From Acidimicrobiia bacterium (lineage in GTDB: Bacteria > Acidobacteriota > Vicinamibacteria > Vicinamibacterales > SCN-69-37), in the NCBI GenBank assembly GCA_045862915.1, contig BTVE01000004.1, positions 38,055-102,054 on the forward strand: a stretch of 64,000 nucleotides of DNA. The letters are read 5' to 3'. The notes beneath the pieces were generated by a model, which was not told where the DNA came from, did no database searches, and saw only the letters and a list, made by a program, of their open reading frames with translations. The translations under genes and the position numbers were made by a program. This document shows, in pieces, positions 1-10,860 of this stretch. Each line of letters opens with the position of its first letter. The stretch's first letter is position 1.

Positions 1-1238
1 TCCAGGTGCTCGACGATTCGACCGACGAGACGCGCGACATCGCGGCGGGTGCGGTCGAACGCATGCGGCTGCTGGGCTTCGACATCCACTACCTGCACCG
101 CACGGACCGGACCGGTTACAAGGCCGGCGCGCTGGATGCCGCCATGAAGGTGGCGCGCGGCGAGTTCATCGCGATCTTCGATGCCGACTTCGTGCCGACC
201 CCCGACTTCCTGACGCGCACGATTGGGCACTTCCAGAACCCGAAGGTGGCGCTGGTGCAGGCGCGGTGGGGCCACCTCAACGGGCAGTACTCGCTGCTCA
301 CGAAGATTCAATCCATCCTGCTCGACGGCCACTTCGTACTCGAACACGGTGGCCGCAATCGCGCGGGCTGTTTCTTCAACTTCAACGGCACCGCTGGCGT
401 GTGGCGGCGTACCGCGATCGGTGATGCCGGCGGCTGGCAGCACGACACGTTGACCGAGGATCTCGACCTGAGCTACCGCGCACAACTGCGCGGTTGGCAA
501 TTCCTGTTCGTGCCCGATCTTGTTACCCCGGCGGAAGTGCCCGTCGAGATGAATGCGTTCAAATCGCAGCAGCACCGGTGGGCGAAAGGCAGCATTCAGA
601 CGTGCCGCAAGGTGCTCCCCGCGATCCTGGCGTCAAACCTGCCGCGCAAGGTGAAGATCGAGGCCTTCTTCCATCTCACCGCGAACTTCAACTACCTGCT
701 GATGTGTGTGCTGTCAGCCTTGATGTTCCCCGCGATGTGGGTGCGCTACAACATGGGCTGGACGGAGATGCTGCTCATTGACGTGCCGCTGTTTCTGGCG
801 GCCACGGCGTCGGTGGCGAACTTCTACCTTGTCTCCCAGCGTGAGCTCTACACGGACTGGCGCTCGCGCGTGAAATATCTGCCGATCGTCATGTCGATCG
901 GGATTGGTCTCGCCGTCAACAACACCAAGGCCGTGCTCGAAGCGCTGTTCGGCGGCCCCGGTGAGTTCGCCCGCACCGCCAAGTACGGCATTGCCTCCAA
1001 TCGTGACGGGTGGCAGCACAAGAAGTATCACCAGAAGATGTCCATCCAGCCGGTGATCGAAGTGATCCTCGGCTTGTACTTCACGTCCACCGTGATCTAC
1101 GCGCTCGCCCACGGCATCTTCGGCACGCTGCCGTTTCTCATGCTGTTCCAGTTCGGTTTCCTCTACACCGGCCTCACGTCCTTGCTGCAGCAGTTCGGCG
1201 ACGACATGATGGTCAAAGCTCCGCAGATCGCTGACTGA
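1..1238 (+). CDS. Family-2 glycosyltransferase, processive beta-glycan synthase-like (5' end cut by window edge)
   Basis: ORF 6..1238 stays open in frame to base 3. Motifs FDADF (DxD), TEDLDLSYR and QQHRWAKG (QxxRW). Hydrophobic C-terminal helices. Confidence 0.8.
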   Translation, partial: QVLDDSTDETRDIAAGAVERMRLLGFDIHYLHRTDRTGYKAGALDAAMKVARGEFIAIFDADFVPTPDFLTRTIGHFQNPKVALVQARWGHLNGQYSLLTKIQSILLDGHFVLEHGGRNRAGCFFNFNGTAGVWRRTAIGDAGGWQHDTLTEDLDLSYRAQLRGWQFLFVPDLVTPAEVPVEMNAFKSQQHRWAKGSIQTCRKVLPAILASNLPRKVKIEAFFHLTANFNYLLMCVLSALMFPAMWVRYNMGWTEMLLIDVPLFLAATASVANFYLVSQRELYTDWRSRVKYLPIVMSIGIGLAVNNTKAVLEALFGGPGEFARTAKYGIASNRDGWQHKKYHQKMSIQPVIEVILGLYFTSTVIYALAHGIFGTLPFLMLFQFGFLYTGLTSLLQQFGDDMMVKAPQIAD

Positions 1239-1240
1239 TT

Positions 1241-2395
1241 ATGACCACCGCTGCACCCGTGAAACCCAAGGCCGGACTCGAAGACGTCGTTGCCGGCGAG
1301 TCGGCCATCTGTTACATCGACGGTCAGCGCGGCGTCCTGTCCTACTGCGGCTACGACATCCATGACCTCGCGGACATGGACCGCGGTGTCTCCTTTGAGG
1401 AAACGTGTTTCCTGTTGTGGCACCGCCGGTTGCCCACGCGAGCCGAACTCGGCGATCTGCAGACGCAGTTGGCGGCAGCCCGCACGCTGCCAGAGCCCGT
1501 GGTGCGCGCGATGAAGTCGTTGCCCCCGGCCGAGGGGATGGACGCGTTGCGTACGTTGACCTCGGTGCTCGGGCACGTGGATCCGGATGCCTCAAGCTCG
1601 ACTCCGCAGGCCAACTATCGCAAGGCCGTCCGCCTGACCGGACAACTCGCGTCACTGGTCGCCACCTGGGGGCGGATGCAGGCCGGCGGCGGTCCGATTG
1701 ACCCGGATCCGGCGCTCGGTCACGCGGCCAATTTCCTCTACATGCTGACCGGCACCCGCCCGTCCGCTCTGGCCGCACGCGCACTTGACGTGTCCCTGGT
1801 GCTGCACGCCGACCACGAACTCAACGCCTCGACGTTTGCGGCACGGGTGGCGGCCGCCACGCTGACCGATATCCACTCGGCCATCGTTGCCGCCATCGGC
1901 ACGCTCAAGGGACCGCTGCACGGCGGTGCGAATGCCGAAGTGATGAAGATGTTGCTGGAACTCGGGCAGGACGCCGGCGTGGATCGCGCCGAGTCGTTCA
2001 TCCGCGAAAAACTGGCACGCAAGGAGAAGGTCTCCGGCTTTGGTCATCGTGTGTATCGCACCGAAGATCCACGCGCGACGCACCTCCGCCGATTCTCCCA
2101 GTCGATTGGTGAGAAGGCGGGGCAGCCGCAGTGGTATGCGATGTCGCAGCGCATCGAGCAGGTGGTCAAGGCCGAGAAGGGCCTGAATCCGAACGTCGAT
2201 TTCTACTCGGCGTCGATGTTCTACACGCTGGGTATTCCGATCGACCTGTACACGCCGATCTTCGCCGTGAGCCGCATCTCGGGATGGACGGCGCACGTGC
2301 TGGAGCAGTACGCGAACAATCGCCTGATCCGCCCGCGCACCGACTACATCGGACCGGAGTACCCGCAGTCCGTACGTCCGCTCGACCAGCGCTGA
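1241..2395 (+). CDS. gltA: Citrate synthase (short ~380-aa type; 2-methylcitrate synthase not excluded)
   Basis: Motifs LVLHADHELNAST and GFGHRVYRTEDPRA, plus C-terminal RISGWTAH. 384 aa. Confidence 0.85.
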   Translation: MTTAAPVKPKAGLEDVVAGESAICYIDGQRGVLSYCGYDIHDLADMDRGVSFEETCFLLWHRRLPTRAELGDLQTQLAAARTLPEPVVRAMKSLPPAEGMDALRTLTSVLGHVDPDASSSTPQANYRKAVRLTGQLASLVATWGRMQAGGGPIDPDPALGHAANFLYMLTGTRPSALAARALDVSLVLHADHELNASTFAARVAAATLTDIHSAIVAAIGTLKGPLHGGANAEVMKMLLELGQDAGVDRAESFIREKLARKEKVSGFGHRVYRTEDPRATHLRRFSQSIGEKAGQPQWYAMSQRIEQVVKAEKGLNPNVDFYSASMFYTLGIPIDLYTPIFAVSRISGWTAHVLEQYANNRLIRPRTDYIGPEYPQSVRPLDQR

Positions 2396-2410
2396 GGTTC
2401 CACGAACGGC

Positions 2411-4216
2411 ATGGACCAGCGCTTCATCCGCAATTTCTCGATCATCGCCCACATCGACCACGGCAAGTCGACGCTGGCGGACCGTCTGCTTGAAACCACC
2501 GGCGCCCTCCAGGCGCGCGAGATGGAAGCCCAGGTGCTCGACTCGATGGACCTCGAGCGCGAGCGCGGCATCACCATCAAGGCGCACGCCGTCCGCATCA
2601 CCTACAAGGCGGACGATGGCAACGAGTACGTGCTGAATCTCCTCGACACACCCGGTCACGTCGACTTCGGCTACGAGGTCACACGTTCACTGGCGGCGTG
2701 TGAAGGCGCGCTGCTGCTGATCGACGCCTCGCAGGGCGTCGAGGCGCAGACACTCGCCAATGCCTATCTCGCCGTCGAGAACAACCTCGAGATCATTCCT
2801 GTCATCAACAAGATTGATCTGCCGAGCGCGCAGCCGGACGAAGCCAAACGCCAGATCGAGGAGATCATCGGGCTGGACGCGGAGCAGGCCATCCTGGCCA
2901 GCGGCAAAACCGGCGAAGGTGTCCACGAGATCCTCGAAGCCGTCGTGCATCGGCTGCCGCCGCCGTCGGGAGACCCGGCGGCTCCGCTCAAGGCGCTCAT
3001 CTTCGACTCGTGGTACGACGCGTATCGCGGCGTCGTCATTCTGACGCGCATCATCGACGGCGAAATGAAAGTCGGCCAGAAGATCCGCCTCATGGCCGCC
3101 GGCCTTGACCTGCAGATCGATCAACTCGGTGCCTTCACGCCGAAACCCGTGCAGGTGGCCTCGCTGGGGGTCGGCGAAGCCGGGTTCATGGTCGCCAACA
3201 TCAAGAACGTCGCCGATGCGAAGGTCGGCGACACGATCACCGATGCGCAGAATCCGACCGCGCAGCCGTTTCCCGGCTTCAAGGAACTGAAGCCAATGGT
3301 GTTCGCCGGTCTGTATCCGGTTGAGAGCTCGCAGTATCAGGAACTGCGTGAGGCCATGGAGAAGCTGCGCCTCAACGACGCGTCGTTTTTCTTCGAGCCG
3401 GAGACCTCGGCGGCGCTCGGCTTCGGCTTCCGCTGCGGATACCTCGGACTGCTGCACATGGAAATCGTGCAGGAGCGGCTCGAGCGCGAATACAACATGG
3501 ACCTGGTCACGACCGCGCCGGGCGTCCTGTATCGCGTCACCACGACCGACGGCGTCGTCGAGGAAATCGACAGCCCCTCGAAGCTGCCTGATCCCGGCCG
3601 CATTCAGAAGTTCGAGGAGCCGATCATCCGCGCGACGATCCTGACGCCCGTCGAATTTGTCGGCGGGATTCTCGAACTCTGCCAGGAGAAGCGCGGCGTC
3701 CAGAAGGGCATGGAGTACCTGAAGTCCGATCGGGTGCTCATCACCTATGAGATGCCGTTCAACGAGGTGGTGCTCGACTTCTACGATCGCCTCAAGACGA
3801 TTTCCCGCGGGTACGCCTCGCTGGACTACCACGTGATTGGGTATCAGGAGTCGGATCTCGTCAAACTCGACATCCTCGTGAACGCGGAGCCCGTCGATGC
3901 CCTGGCGATGGTGGTGCACAAGGACAGCGCCTACACCAAGGGACGTGCCCTGGCGGCCAAGATGCGTGAGCTGATTCCCCGTCAGATGTTCGAGATTGCG
4001 ATTCAGGCCTCGATCGGCAGTCGCGTCGTTGCGCGTGAAACCGTGCGCGCCCTGCGCAAGAACGTGCTGGCCAAGTGTTACGGCGGTGACATTTCGCGCA
4101 AACGGAAGCTCCTCGAAAAGCAGAAGGAAGGCAAGAAGCGAATGAAACGTGTCGGCCGCGTGGAAATTCCGCAGGAAGCGTTCCTGGCCGTACTCAAGGT
4201 AGGCACCGAGTCGTGA
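2411..4216 (+). CDS. lepA: Translation elongation factor 4 (LepA)
   Basis: N-terminal [30 protein letters not shown] and NKIDL GTPase boxes. LepA-specific C-terminus ending [15 protein letters not shown]. 601 aa. Confidence 0.97.
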   Translation: MDQRFIRNFSIIAHIDHGKSTLADRLLETTGALQAREMEAQVLDSMDLERERGITIKAHAVRITYKADDGNEYVLNLLDTPGHVDFGYEVTRSLAACEGALLLIDASQGVEAQTLANAYLAVENNLEIIPVINKIDLPSAQPDEAKRQIEEIIGLDAEQAILASGKTGEGVHEILEAVVHRLPPPSGDPAAPLKALIFDSWYDAYRGVVILTRIIDGEMKVGQKIRLMAAGLDLQIDQLGAFTPKPVQVASLGVGEAGFMVANIKNVADAKVGDTITDAQNPTAQPFPGFKELKPMVFAGLYPVESSQYQELREAMEKLRLNDASFFFEPETSAALGFGFRCGYLGLLHMEIVQERLEREYNMDLVTTAPGVLYRVTTTDGVVEEIDSPSKLPDPGRIQKFEEPIIRATILTPVEFVGGILELCQEKRGVQKGMEYLKSDRVLITYEMPFNEVVLDFYDRLKTISRGYASLDYHVIGYQESDLVKLDILVNAEPVDALAMVVHKDSAYTKGRALAAKMRELIPRQMFEIAIQASIGSRVVARETVRALRKNVLAKCYGGDISRKRKLLEKQKEGKKRMKRVGRVEIPQEAFLAVLKVGTES

Positions 4217-4818
4217 AGAAGTCCGTCGTGCGCGAGTATGCCGAGTCGCTGATCGTGGCGGTGGTGCTTGCGCTGTTTGTCCGGACGTGGGTCTTCCAGG
4301 CGTTCAAGATTCCGACCGGATCCATGGAACCGAATCTGCTGGTGGGTGATCACCTCATCGTCAACAAGACAATCTTTTCGCCGGCAGCGGCCGGCCTCGA
4401 GTCGGCGCTGCTCCCCACCAGGGATATCCGCCGGGGCGACGTCATTGTCTTCAAGTACCCTGAAGGCCCGGATCGCGACTTCATCAAACGTGTCATCGGT
4501 CTGCCCGGAGACCGGCTGGAGTTGCGACGCAAGCAGCTCTACATCAATGATCAGCCGCTGGATGAGTCCTGGGCGCACTACCAGGAGCCCGCTTCCCCTG
4601 ACAGTTTTGGCGCAAGCGGCGATCTCCGGGAGTTCTACGGACCTGTGACGGTGCCGGCCGGTCAGTACTTCATGATGGGCGACAACCGCGACAACTCCGA
4701 GGACAGCCGGTACTGGGGCTTCCTGCCGGCAACCTATGTGAAGGGCAAGGCCCTCTTCATCTACTTCTCGTTTGATGACGGCGTCCGCTGGGAGCGGCTG
4801 CTCAACATCGTGCGCTGA
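4213..4818 (+). CDS. lepB: Signal peptidase I
   Basis: GTGA overlap with the lepA stop. Motifs [20 protein letters not shown] and [14 protein letters not shown]. Confidence 0.93.
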   Translation: MKKSVVREYAESLIVAVVLALFVRTWVFQAFKIPTGSMEPNLLVGDHLIVNKTIFSPAAAGLESALLPTRDIRRGDVIVFKYPEGPDRDFIKRVIGLPGDRLELRRKQLYINDQPLDESWAHYQEPASPDSFGASGDLREFYGPVTVPAGQYFMMGDNRDNSEDSRYWGFLPATYVKGKALFIYFSFDDGVRWERLLNIVR

Positions 4819-4893
4819 GCCATTCGTCCCTGACCATTTGGTGGCCGTGTACGACCGCTTGCGTTGCTGCGCGCAACCGGGCAGGATGGCCGC

Positions 4894-6312
4894 ATGCACA
4901 AACGTGTGGTGACCGGCCTGTTGGCCGCCTGTGTCTGGACGGCCGTGGCGTCGGGCCGGGGCCCCGCTGACTGGCCACAATTTCGCGGATCCGGTGCCAG
5001 CGGCGTTGCGGATGCTGCCAACCTGCCCGTGACTTTTTCCACAACGGAGAACGTGCGCTGGGTGGCCGAGATTCCCGGGCGGGGCTGGTCATCGCCCATT
5101 GTCTGGGGTGACCGCGTGTTCGTGACGGCCGCCATCAACAGCGGTGACTTCAAGGCACCCTCCACCGGCATCTTCGGCAACGACTATGCAGCGGAGCTGA
5201 CCAGCCAGGGCCTGCCGCCCGACGAAGTGAATCGGCGGGTGATCGCGCGCGACATCGAGCTGTCGGACGAAGCGTCCGAGGTGCGATACATGGTGTACGC
5301 CCTGGATGCGCGATCGGGCAAGGTGCTCTGGCAGCAGGAAGCCCACAAGGGGAAGCCTGCCGGTGGACGTCATCGCAAGAACACCTACGCATCGGAGACA
5401 CCGGCGACCGACGGCGAGCGCGTGTATGCGTCGTTTGGCGGCAACGTCGGCGTATTCGCGTACAGGCTTGACGGCACGCCGGTGTGGCGGAAGACCTGGA
5501 CGCCGCAGCCGATCTATCTCGACTTCGGCACGGCGTCCTCGCCCGTCGTCCATCAGGGCCGTGTGTACCAGATGCACGACAACGAAGGCGCGTCGTTTCT
5601 GACCGCGCTGGACGCGGCGACCGGCAAGGAGATCTGGTCGGTTGATCGATCCGGCTTCGAGACCCGCGCCAAGTCCGGCTGGGCGACCCCGTTCATCTGG
5701 ACACACGCCTCGCGGACCGAGATTGTCACGATCGGCAAGGGACTGGTGATTGCGTACGGCCTGGATGGGAAGGAACTGTGGCGCATGCGGGGCATGACCC
5801 AGGCCACGCCGAGCCCGGCCGCCGGCGACGGTCTGCTGTTTGTGGGATCAGGCTCGCAGGGGGAAACCAATCGGCCCCTGTATGCCATCACCCCTGGCGC
5901 GTCAGGAGACATCTCCCTGGCGCAGGGGCAGGAGCGCAACGCGTTTGTGACCTGGTTTCAACCGCGATTTGCCGCGTACACCGGGTCGCCGTTGCTCTAT
6001 CGCGGCCGCATCTATTCGATCAACGACAACGGGATCATGCAGGTCGCCAATGCGGAGACCGGCAAGGAGATCTACAAGGCCCGTGTCGGAGGCGGCGGGT
6101 TGACGTTTTCGGCATCACCGCTCGGCAGCAACGGGCGGATTTATGCCACCAGCGAAGACGGCGACGTTGTCGTTTTTGACGCTGTGTCGGACGAATACAA
6201 GGAACTCGCGAAGAACAGTCTTGGCGAGATGAGCCTGGCCACACCGGCCATCGCCGGCGACAGTCTCTACGTGCGCACGGCCACCAAGTTGTACCGTATC
6301 GCGCGACCCTGA
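4894..6312 (+). CDS. Secreted PQQ-like (BamB-type) beta-propeller repeat protein
   Basis: Signal peptide MHKRVVTGLLAACVWTAVASG. Repeated W-containing blades (DWPQFRG, VLWQ, PVWRK, EIWS, ELWR). Start taken at the internal Met preceding the signal peptide. Confidence 0.7.
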   Translation: MHKRVVTGLLAACVWTAVASGRGPADWPQFRGSGASGVADAANLPVTFSTTENVRWVAEIPGRGWSSPIVWGDRVFVTAAINSGDFKAPSTGIFGNDYAAELTSQGLPPDEVNRRVIARDIELSDEASEVRYMVYALDARSGKVLWQQEAHKGKPAGGRHRKNTYASETPATDGERVYASFGGNVGVFAYRLDGTPVWRKTWTPQPIYLDFGTASSPVVHQGRVYQMHDNEGASFLTALDAATGKEIWSVDRSGFETRAKSGWATPFIWTHASRTEIVTIGKGLVIAYGLDGKELWRMRGMTQATPSPAAGDGLLFVGSGSQGETNRPLYAITPGASGDISLAQGQERNAFVTWFQPRFAAYTGSPLLYRGRIYSINDNGIMQVANAETGKEIYKARVGGGGLTFSASPLGSNGRIYATSEDGDVVVFDAVSDEYKELAKNSLGEMSLATPAIAGDSLYVRTATKLYRIARP

Positions 6313-6315
6313 TGT

Positions 6316-7020
6316 CTAGTGCACGCCTGACTGGAAGCGGTACCCGACGCCGCGCACCGTGAGCAGGTGCCGCGGCGTGGCAGGGGAGTCGCCGATGTAC
6401 TTGCGCAGGCGCGACATGAAGTGATCGATCGCGCGTGTGTCAGTATCCTCGTGCACGTTCCACACGTCGGCCAGCAACTGCTTGCGTGAAACCGTCTGGC
6501 CGTCACGGCGCACCAGGTAGCGCAGCAGGTTGACTTCCATCAGCGTCAGCGGGTGCACGATGTCCCCGACCCGCAGCTCCTGCGCCGCAAAGTCGATCGT
6601 CCGGCCGTTGAACTCGAATGTGTCCGCCGGGGGCAGCGGTGTCGGCGTCCACTGCTGTCGACGCAGCAGGGCGTGAATACGCGCGACCAGAATGGCGAGT
6701 TCAAAGGGTTTGGGCAGGTAATCATCGGCCCCTGCGTCGAAACCGCGGAGGACGTCCTCGGCGCGGCCGCGCGCGGTCAGCATCAGGATTGGGCGGTACC
6801 AGGCCCGGCTCCGCAGGGTCTGTGCGACATGGAAGCCGTCGATGCCGGGCAACATCACATCGAGGACCACGGCATCCACGCTGTCGGGATCGTCCGCCAG
6901 AATGGTCAGCGCGGCTTCTCCGGTATCCACGACTCGAACGTCGTGCCCCTCCGCCTCGAGGTTGAACTTCACTCCGGACGCGATGTGTGGCTCGTCTTCG
7001 ACGAGGAGCAAGCGCGCCAT
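6316..7020 (-). CDS. OmpR-family response regulator
   Basis: MARLLLVEDEP receiver with LDVMLPGIDG. Winged-helix C-terminus (LTLMEVNLLRYL, VRGVGYRF). Start moved to the Met at 7020, directly after the kinase stop. Confidence 0.9.
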   Translation of the reverse strand: MARLLLVEDEPHIASGVKFNLEAEGHDVRVVDTGEAALTILADDPDSVDAVVLDVMLPGIDGFHVAQTLRSRAWYRPILMLTARGRAEDVLRGFDAGADDYLPKPFELAILVARIHALLRRQQWTPTPLPPADTFEFNGRTIDFAAQELRVGDIVHPLTLMEVNLLRYLVRRDGQTVSRKQLLADVWNVHEDTDTRAIDHFMSRLRKYIGDSPATPRHLLTVRGVGYRFQSGVH

Positions 7021-7021
7021 C

Positions 7022-7936
7022 TCAGGACGTCCTCGGTGCGGCGGGGATCTCCAGCGTGAACGTGGCGCCACGCCCCGGGCCTGCGCTGCTGGCCGACACC
7101 CGCCCGCCATGCGCTGCGGCCGTGTTGGACACGATGAACAACCCGAGGCCGGTGCCCTTGATGCGTTGTGTCAGGGCGCCCGGGACTCGATAGAACCGCT
7201 TGAACAGTCGTCCCGCCTCATGCGGCGCGAACCCTGCTCCCCGGTCGCTCACGCGCACGATGCCCCAGTCGCCGATGACGCCCGCTTCCACCGTGACATC
7301 GACGTGGTCGCCCGAATATTTCACGGCGTTGTCGAGCAGGTTCATGACCGCAGCGCGCAGCGCCGCGGCGTCACCAATGATCTCCTGCGGCCTGTCGTCG
7401 CTCGTGAAGTCGAGCCGCCGCATCTGGTGTTCGTCCAGATGCCGCCTGGTGCGTGAGAGGGCCAGGCAGTCATCAACCATCGCCACCAGATTGAGGCGTT
7501 CCTTGTGCAGGGCGGTCTTGCCGGCTTGTCCGGTGCGCAGCACCTGCTCGATCGTCTGCATCAGGCGGTCGTTGTCTTCGAGCATCACGTCGTAGAACTC
7601 GCGCCGCTTGTCGGGCGTGAGCATGGCGTCGCGCGCCTTGAGTGTCTCGAGGTGGAGCCGGATCGACGTGACCGGGGTCTTCAGTTCATGTGTCACGGCA
7701 TTCACGAACGCGTCCTGCTGTTCGTTCTTGCGGATTTCCCTGACGAGAAATGTGGTGTTGATGATCAGGCCGGCGATGATGGCGGCAAAAATCGGGATGC
7801 CGAGCACGAGCGGCACCACCTGCCGCCAGTTCAGGACGACGTACTGGACGTTGAGGGCAATCGCCAGTGCCACCGCCAGCACACAGAAGGTGACAAAAAA
7901 GGCAATGGCGCCCTGGCGGCCTGGAGCGACCGACAT
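7022..7936 (-). CDS. Sensor histidine kinase (2 TM, HisKA + HATPase_c)
   Basis: H-box THELKTPVTSI, N-box LLDNAVKYS, G-box GTGLGLFIV. Adjacent to the response regulator. Confidence 0.9.
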   Translation of the reverse strand: MSVAPGRQGAIAFFVTFCVLAVALAIALNVQYVVLNWRQVVPLVLGIPIFAAIIAGLIINTTFLVREIRKNEQQDAFVNAVTHELKTPVTSIRLHLETLKARDAMLTPDKRREFYDVMLEDNDRLMQTIEQVLRTGQAGKTALHKERLNLVAMVDDCLALSRTRRHLDEHQMRRLDFTSDDRPQEIIGDAAALRAAVMNLLDNAVKYSGDHVDVTVEAGVIGDWGIVRVSDRGAGFAPHEAGRLFKRFYRVPGALTQRIKGTGLGLFIVSNTAAAHGGRVSASSAGPGRGATFTLEIPAAPRTS

Positions 7937-7979
7937 GACGCCATTCTAAATGGGTTGGTGGGCTGATTGGCTGTTTGGC

Positions 7980-8891
7980 TCAGGCCGCGAGTTCTTCAGC
8001 CGGTTCGGCGTCAATCGCCACACGCTGGACGTTGGTCGCCAGGCCGAGCAGCTGCAGGGCGCGGATGTGCAGATAGGTCACATCCAGTTCGTACCAGGCC
8101 AGGCCGTGAGCGGCCGACGTCGGGTGCGCGTGATGGTTGTTGTGCCAGCCTTCGCCGAACGTGAGGAGGGCGACCCACCAGTTGTTGCGCGAATCGTCAG
8201 AGGTCTGGAACCGGCGTCCGCCCCACAGGTGCGTCGCCGAGTTGACCAGCCACGTGGAATGCAGTCCCAGTGTGGTGCGGAGGAACACGCCCCAGAGCAC
8301 CCAGTTCCAGCCGCCCGCCAGGTAGAGTCCGGCGCCAAGCACGGTCAGCGGCAGCCAGTGGAACTTCGTGAGCCACACGTGGAACTTGTCCTTGGCGAGG
8401 TCCGGCGCGTACTTGGGCGTCAGCGTGGTGTCGCTGTGCATGGGCTCGCCGAACATGATCCAGCCCATGTGCGCCCAGAAACCGCCGTGGCGGGGCGTGT
8501 GCGGATCGTGATCCGAGTCTGAATGCTGGTGGTGTTTGCGGTGGGTCGCCACCCAGAACAGCGGACCACCTTCCAGCGCCAGCGTGGCGCAGATGGTCAG
8601 GAAGTATTCAACGATCTTCGGTGTCTTGTACGACCGGTGCGTGAGCAGCCGGTGGTACGACATGCCGATCCCCCAGGCCAGGGAGATGTAATAGGTCACC
8701 AGCAGGACGACCACGCCCGACCAGGTGAAATCGATCAGCGCCCAGATGGCGCCGATGTGGAACAGCGTCATGAAAAACGCGGTGATCCAGGAAACCTTGG
8801 AGTAGCGATCCGGGGCGGCGCCGGCCAGTGAGCCTGTGCCGCCTGAACGGAGGCCTTCCCGCTGAGTCGTCGAAACTGTGCGAACGTGCAT
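7980..8891 (-). CDS. Membrane fatty-acid (acyl-CoA/acyl-lipid delta-9 type) desaturase
   Basis: Three histidine boxes: HRLLTH, HRKHHQHSD, HNNHHAHP. Confidence 0.88.
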   Translation of the reverse strand: MHVRTVSTTQREGLRSGGTGSLAGAAPDRYSKVSWITAFFMTLFHIGAIWALIDFTWSGVVVLLVTYYISLAWGIGMSYHRLLTHRSYKTPKIVEYFLTICATLALEGGPLFWVATHRKHHQHSDSDHDPHTPRHGGFWAHMGWIMFGEPMHSDTTLTPKYAPDLAKDKFHVWLTKFHWLPLTVLGAGLYLAGGWNWVLWGVFLRTTLGLHSTWLVNSATHLWGGRRFQTSDDSRNNWWVALLTFGEGWHNNHHAHPTSAAHGLAWYELDVTYLHIRALQLLGLATNVQRVAIDAEPAEELAA

Positions 8892-8903
8892 GCCGCCACG
8901 ATA

Positions 8904-9884
8904 TCAGCGGCTCCGGCGGGTGCCTGTAAGACTTCTGTAAGAGCGACGCGGGAACAGGTCAGGGTTGTCGGTGAACAGGGCGTCCACCCCGAGTGTATAG
9001 AGGAAATACCGCATCTCGGCCTCGACATCCGCAAACCATCCCGTCGAGGCCGATCGGAAGGTGTACGGCGTGACCGTCATCCCGGCCGCGTGTGCCCACG
9101 CGACGATGCCGGGCGTCTGTTCCAGCAGGTTCTTGGCCGGCCCGAGGTCGGTGGCAAACGTGGCCATCTCTTTCAACCCGTCGGGGCCTGACAGCCACCG
9201 CTCGGCGACGGCGCCGCCGCCGATCAGAAACGTGCGCGGCACCTCCGGCAGCACGCGCGCGAGGGCCCGCACGGCCTCTTCGTCAAAGGACTGGACGGCC
9301 AGCCGGGGGCGGCCATCCGGCATCGTGCCTGCGAGTGCGTGTCGCCGCACGGATTGCGCGAACACTGCCACGATGTCCACGTTCCGCGCGCGGTACAACG
9401 CCGGGCTCTTCAGTTCCGGAAAGAGACCCGCGCGTGTGCCGACCAGCGCCACCGCTTCGTCGAACGTCAGGATCTTTTCTCCGGAAAACTTCGGATCGAA
9501 CCAGCTGCCGGCATCGAGGGTCTTGATCTCGGCGAGCGTGAAATCCGCGGCCAGCCAGCGGCGCCGGCCCTGGTTGTCCGTGGTCGCGCGATCCGGGAAT
9601 CGTGTTTCGACATCCGTGGTGCGTTCGAGCGACTCATCGTGCAGGCAGATCAGGATGCCGTCGCTCGTCACTGCCAGATCCTGTTCGACGTAGTCGGCGC
9701 CCTGCGTGATGGCAACAGCATACGCGGCCGCCGTGTGTTCCGGCGCATACGCTGAGGCGCCGCGATGCGCGACGTTCCGCTTCGGCGGCTGCGTGGAATG
9801 CACGGTCGTGGACAACACGGCCAGGATACCGAGGACAAGTGGGGCGGCGAGACGCATGGTGGCGGGAGCGTACCGTCGCCGCAT
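8904..9884 (-). CDS. Secreted glycerophosphodiester phosphodiesterase (GlpQ/UgpQ family)
   Basis: HRGASAYAPEHT motif, E..D pair, signal peptide MRLAAPLVLGILAVLS. Start could be 9884 or 9857; the longer track ORF runs through a tandem repeat. Confidence 0.8.
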   Translation of the reverse strand: MRRRYAPATMRLAAPLVLGILAVLSTTVHSTQPPKRNVAHRGASAYAPEHTAAAYAVAITQGADYVEQDLAVTSDGILICLHDESLERTTDVETRFPDRATTDNQGRRRWLAADFTLAEIKTLDAGSWFDPKFSGEKILTFDEAVALVGTRAGLFPELKSPALYRARNVDIVAVFAQSVRRHALAGTMPDGRPRLAVQSFDEEAVRALARVLPEVPRTFLIGGGAVAERWLSGPDGLKEMATFATDLGPAKNLLEQTPGIVAWAHAAGMTVTPYTFRSASTGWFADVEAEMRYFLYTLGVDALFTDNPDLFPRRSYRSLTGTRRSR

Positions 9885-9893
9885 GACGAGGGC

Positions 9894-9941
9894 GTGACTT
9901 CGTGACTTCGTGACTTCGGGACCTCGGCACTTCGGCACCCC
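9894..9941. repeat. 8-bp tandem repeat, 6 units (GTGACTTC x3, then GGGACCTC, GGCACTTC, GGCACCCC)
   Basis: Read directly from the sequence. Lies in the divergent region between the GlpQ-like and nitrilase-like genes. Confidence 0.9.
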
Positions 9942-9972
9942 GGAAGCTTGGAACCCCGATGTACCATGCGGC

Positions 9973-10860
9973 ATGGACCGCGTCCGTGTCGCCGCGCTGC
10001 AGTACTACATCCGTCCAGTCGATCGGTTCGACCAGTTCGCCGATCAGGTTGAATCGCTCGTCTGGACGGCGAAAGACTACAAGGCCCATCTGCTGGTGTT
10101 TCCGGAGTACTTCAGCACACAGCTGTTGACTCTCGGCAACACACGCCTGCCCATTCGCGACCAGATTCGCATCCTCGCCGATCAGGCGTCGGCCATCGAT
10201 GCGCTCTTCACGCGCCTCGCGCGCGACAGCGGCATGCACCTGGTCGGCGGCACCGTCCCCGTGAAGGATGACGATGGCCTGCGTGTCTACAACCAGTGCA
10301 TGGTCTACAGCCCGAGCGGCGGTGTCGGCCGTCAGCGCAAGCTGCACATGACGCGCTTCGAGACCGAGGAATGGGACGTCGTGTCCGGTGTCTCACTGCG
10401 TGTGTTTGATACGGCCATCGGGCGCATTGGAGTCACGATCTGCTACGACGTGGAGTTCCCCGAGCTGGCTCGGGCACTTGCCAGAGCCGGAGTGACCATC
10501 CTCGTGGTGCCCTCATGCACCGACGACCGCCAGGGCTACCTGCGTGTGAGATACTGTGCGCAAGCTCGCGCCATCGAGAATCAGATGTATGTCGTGCAGG
10601 CCTGTACGGTCGGCTCGATTCCGATGGTGCCGGCCGTTTCGCTCAACTGGGGCCAGGCGTCGATCATGACGCCCAGTGATTTTCCCTTCGCCCGCGATGG
10701 ATACATCGAAGAGGGCGTGCCCAATCAGGAGAGCATGATCGTCGGAGATCTGGACATCGCCGCCCTGCTGGAGAGCCGCTCCAGCGGCACTGTGCTGCCG
10801 CTGCGTGACAGCCAGTCGAGCGCGGAGGTGGCCGCGAACCTTGAAGTGGTGAACGTGTGA
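9973..10860 (+). CDS. Carbon-nitrogen hydrolase (nitrilase superfamily amidohydrolase)
   Basis: Catalytic E-K-C context: LLVFPEYF, RKLHMTRFE, VTICYDVEFPE. Start placed at MDRVRVAALQ. Confidence 0.8.
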   Translation: MDRVRVAALQYYIRPVDRFDQFADQVESLVWTAKDYKAHLLVFPEYFSTQLLTLGNTRLPIRDQIRILADQASAIDALFTRLARDSGMHLVGGTVPVKDDDGLRVYNQCMVYSPSGGVGRQRKLHMTRFETEEWDVVSGVSLRVFDTAIGRIGVTICYDVEFPELARALARAGVTILVVPSCTDDRQGYLRVRYCAQARAIENQMYVVQACTVGSIPMVPAVSLNWGQASIMTPSDFPFARDGYIEEGVPNQESMIVGDLDIAALLESRSSGTVLPLRDSQSSAEVAANLEVVNV

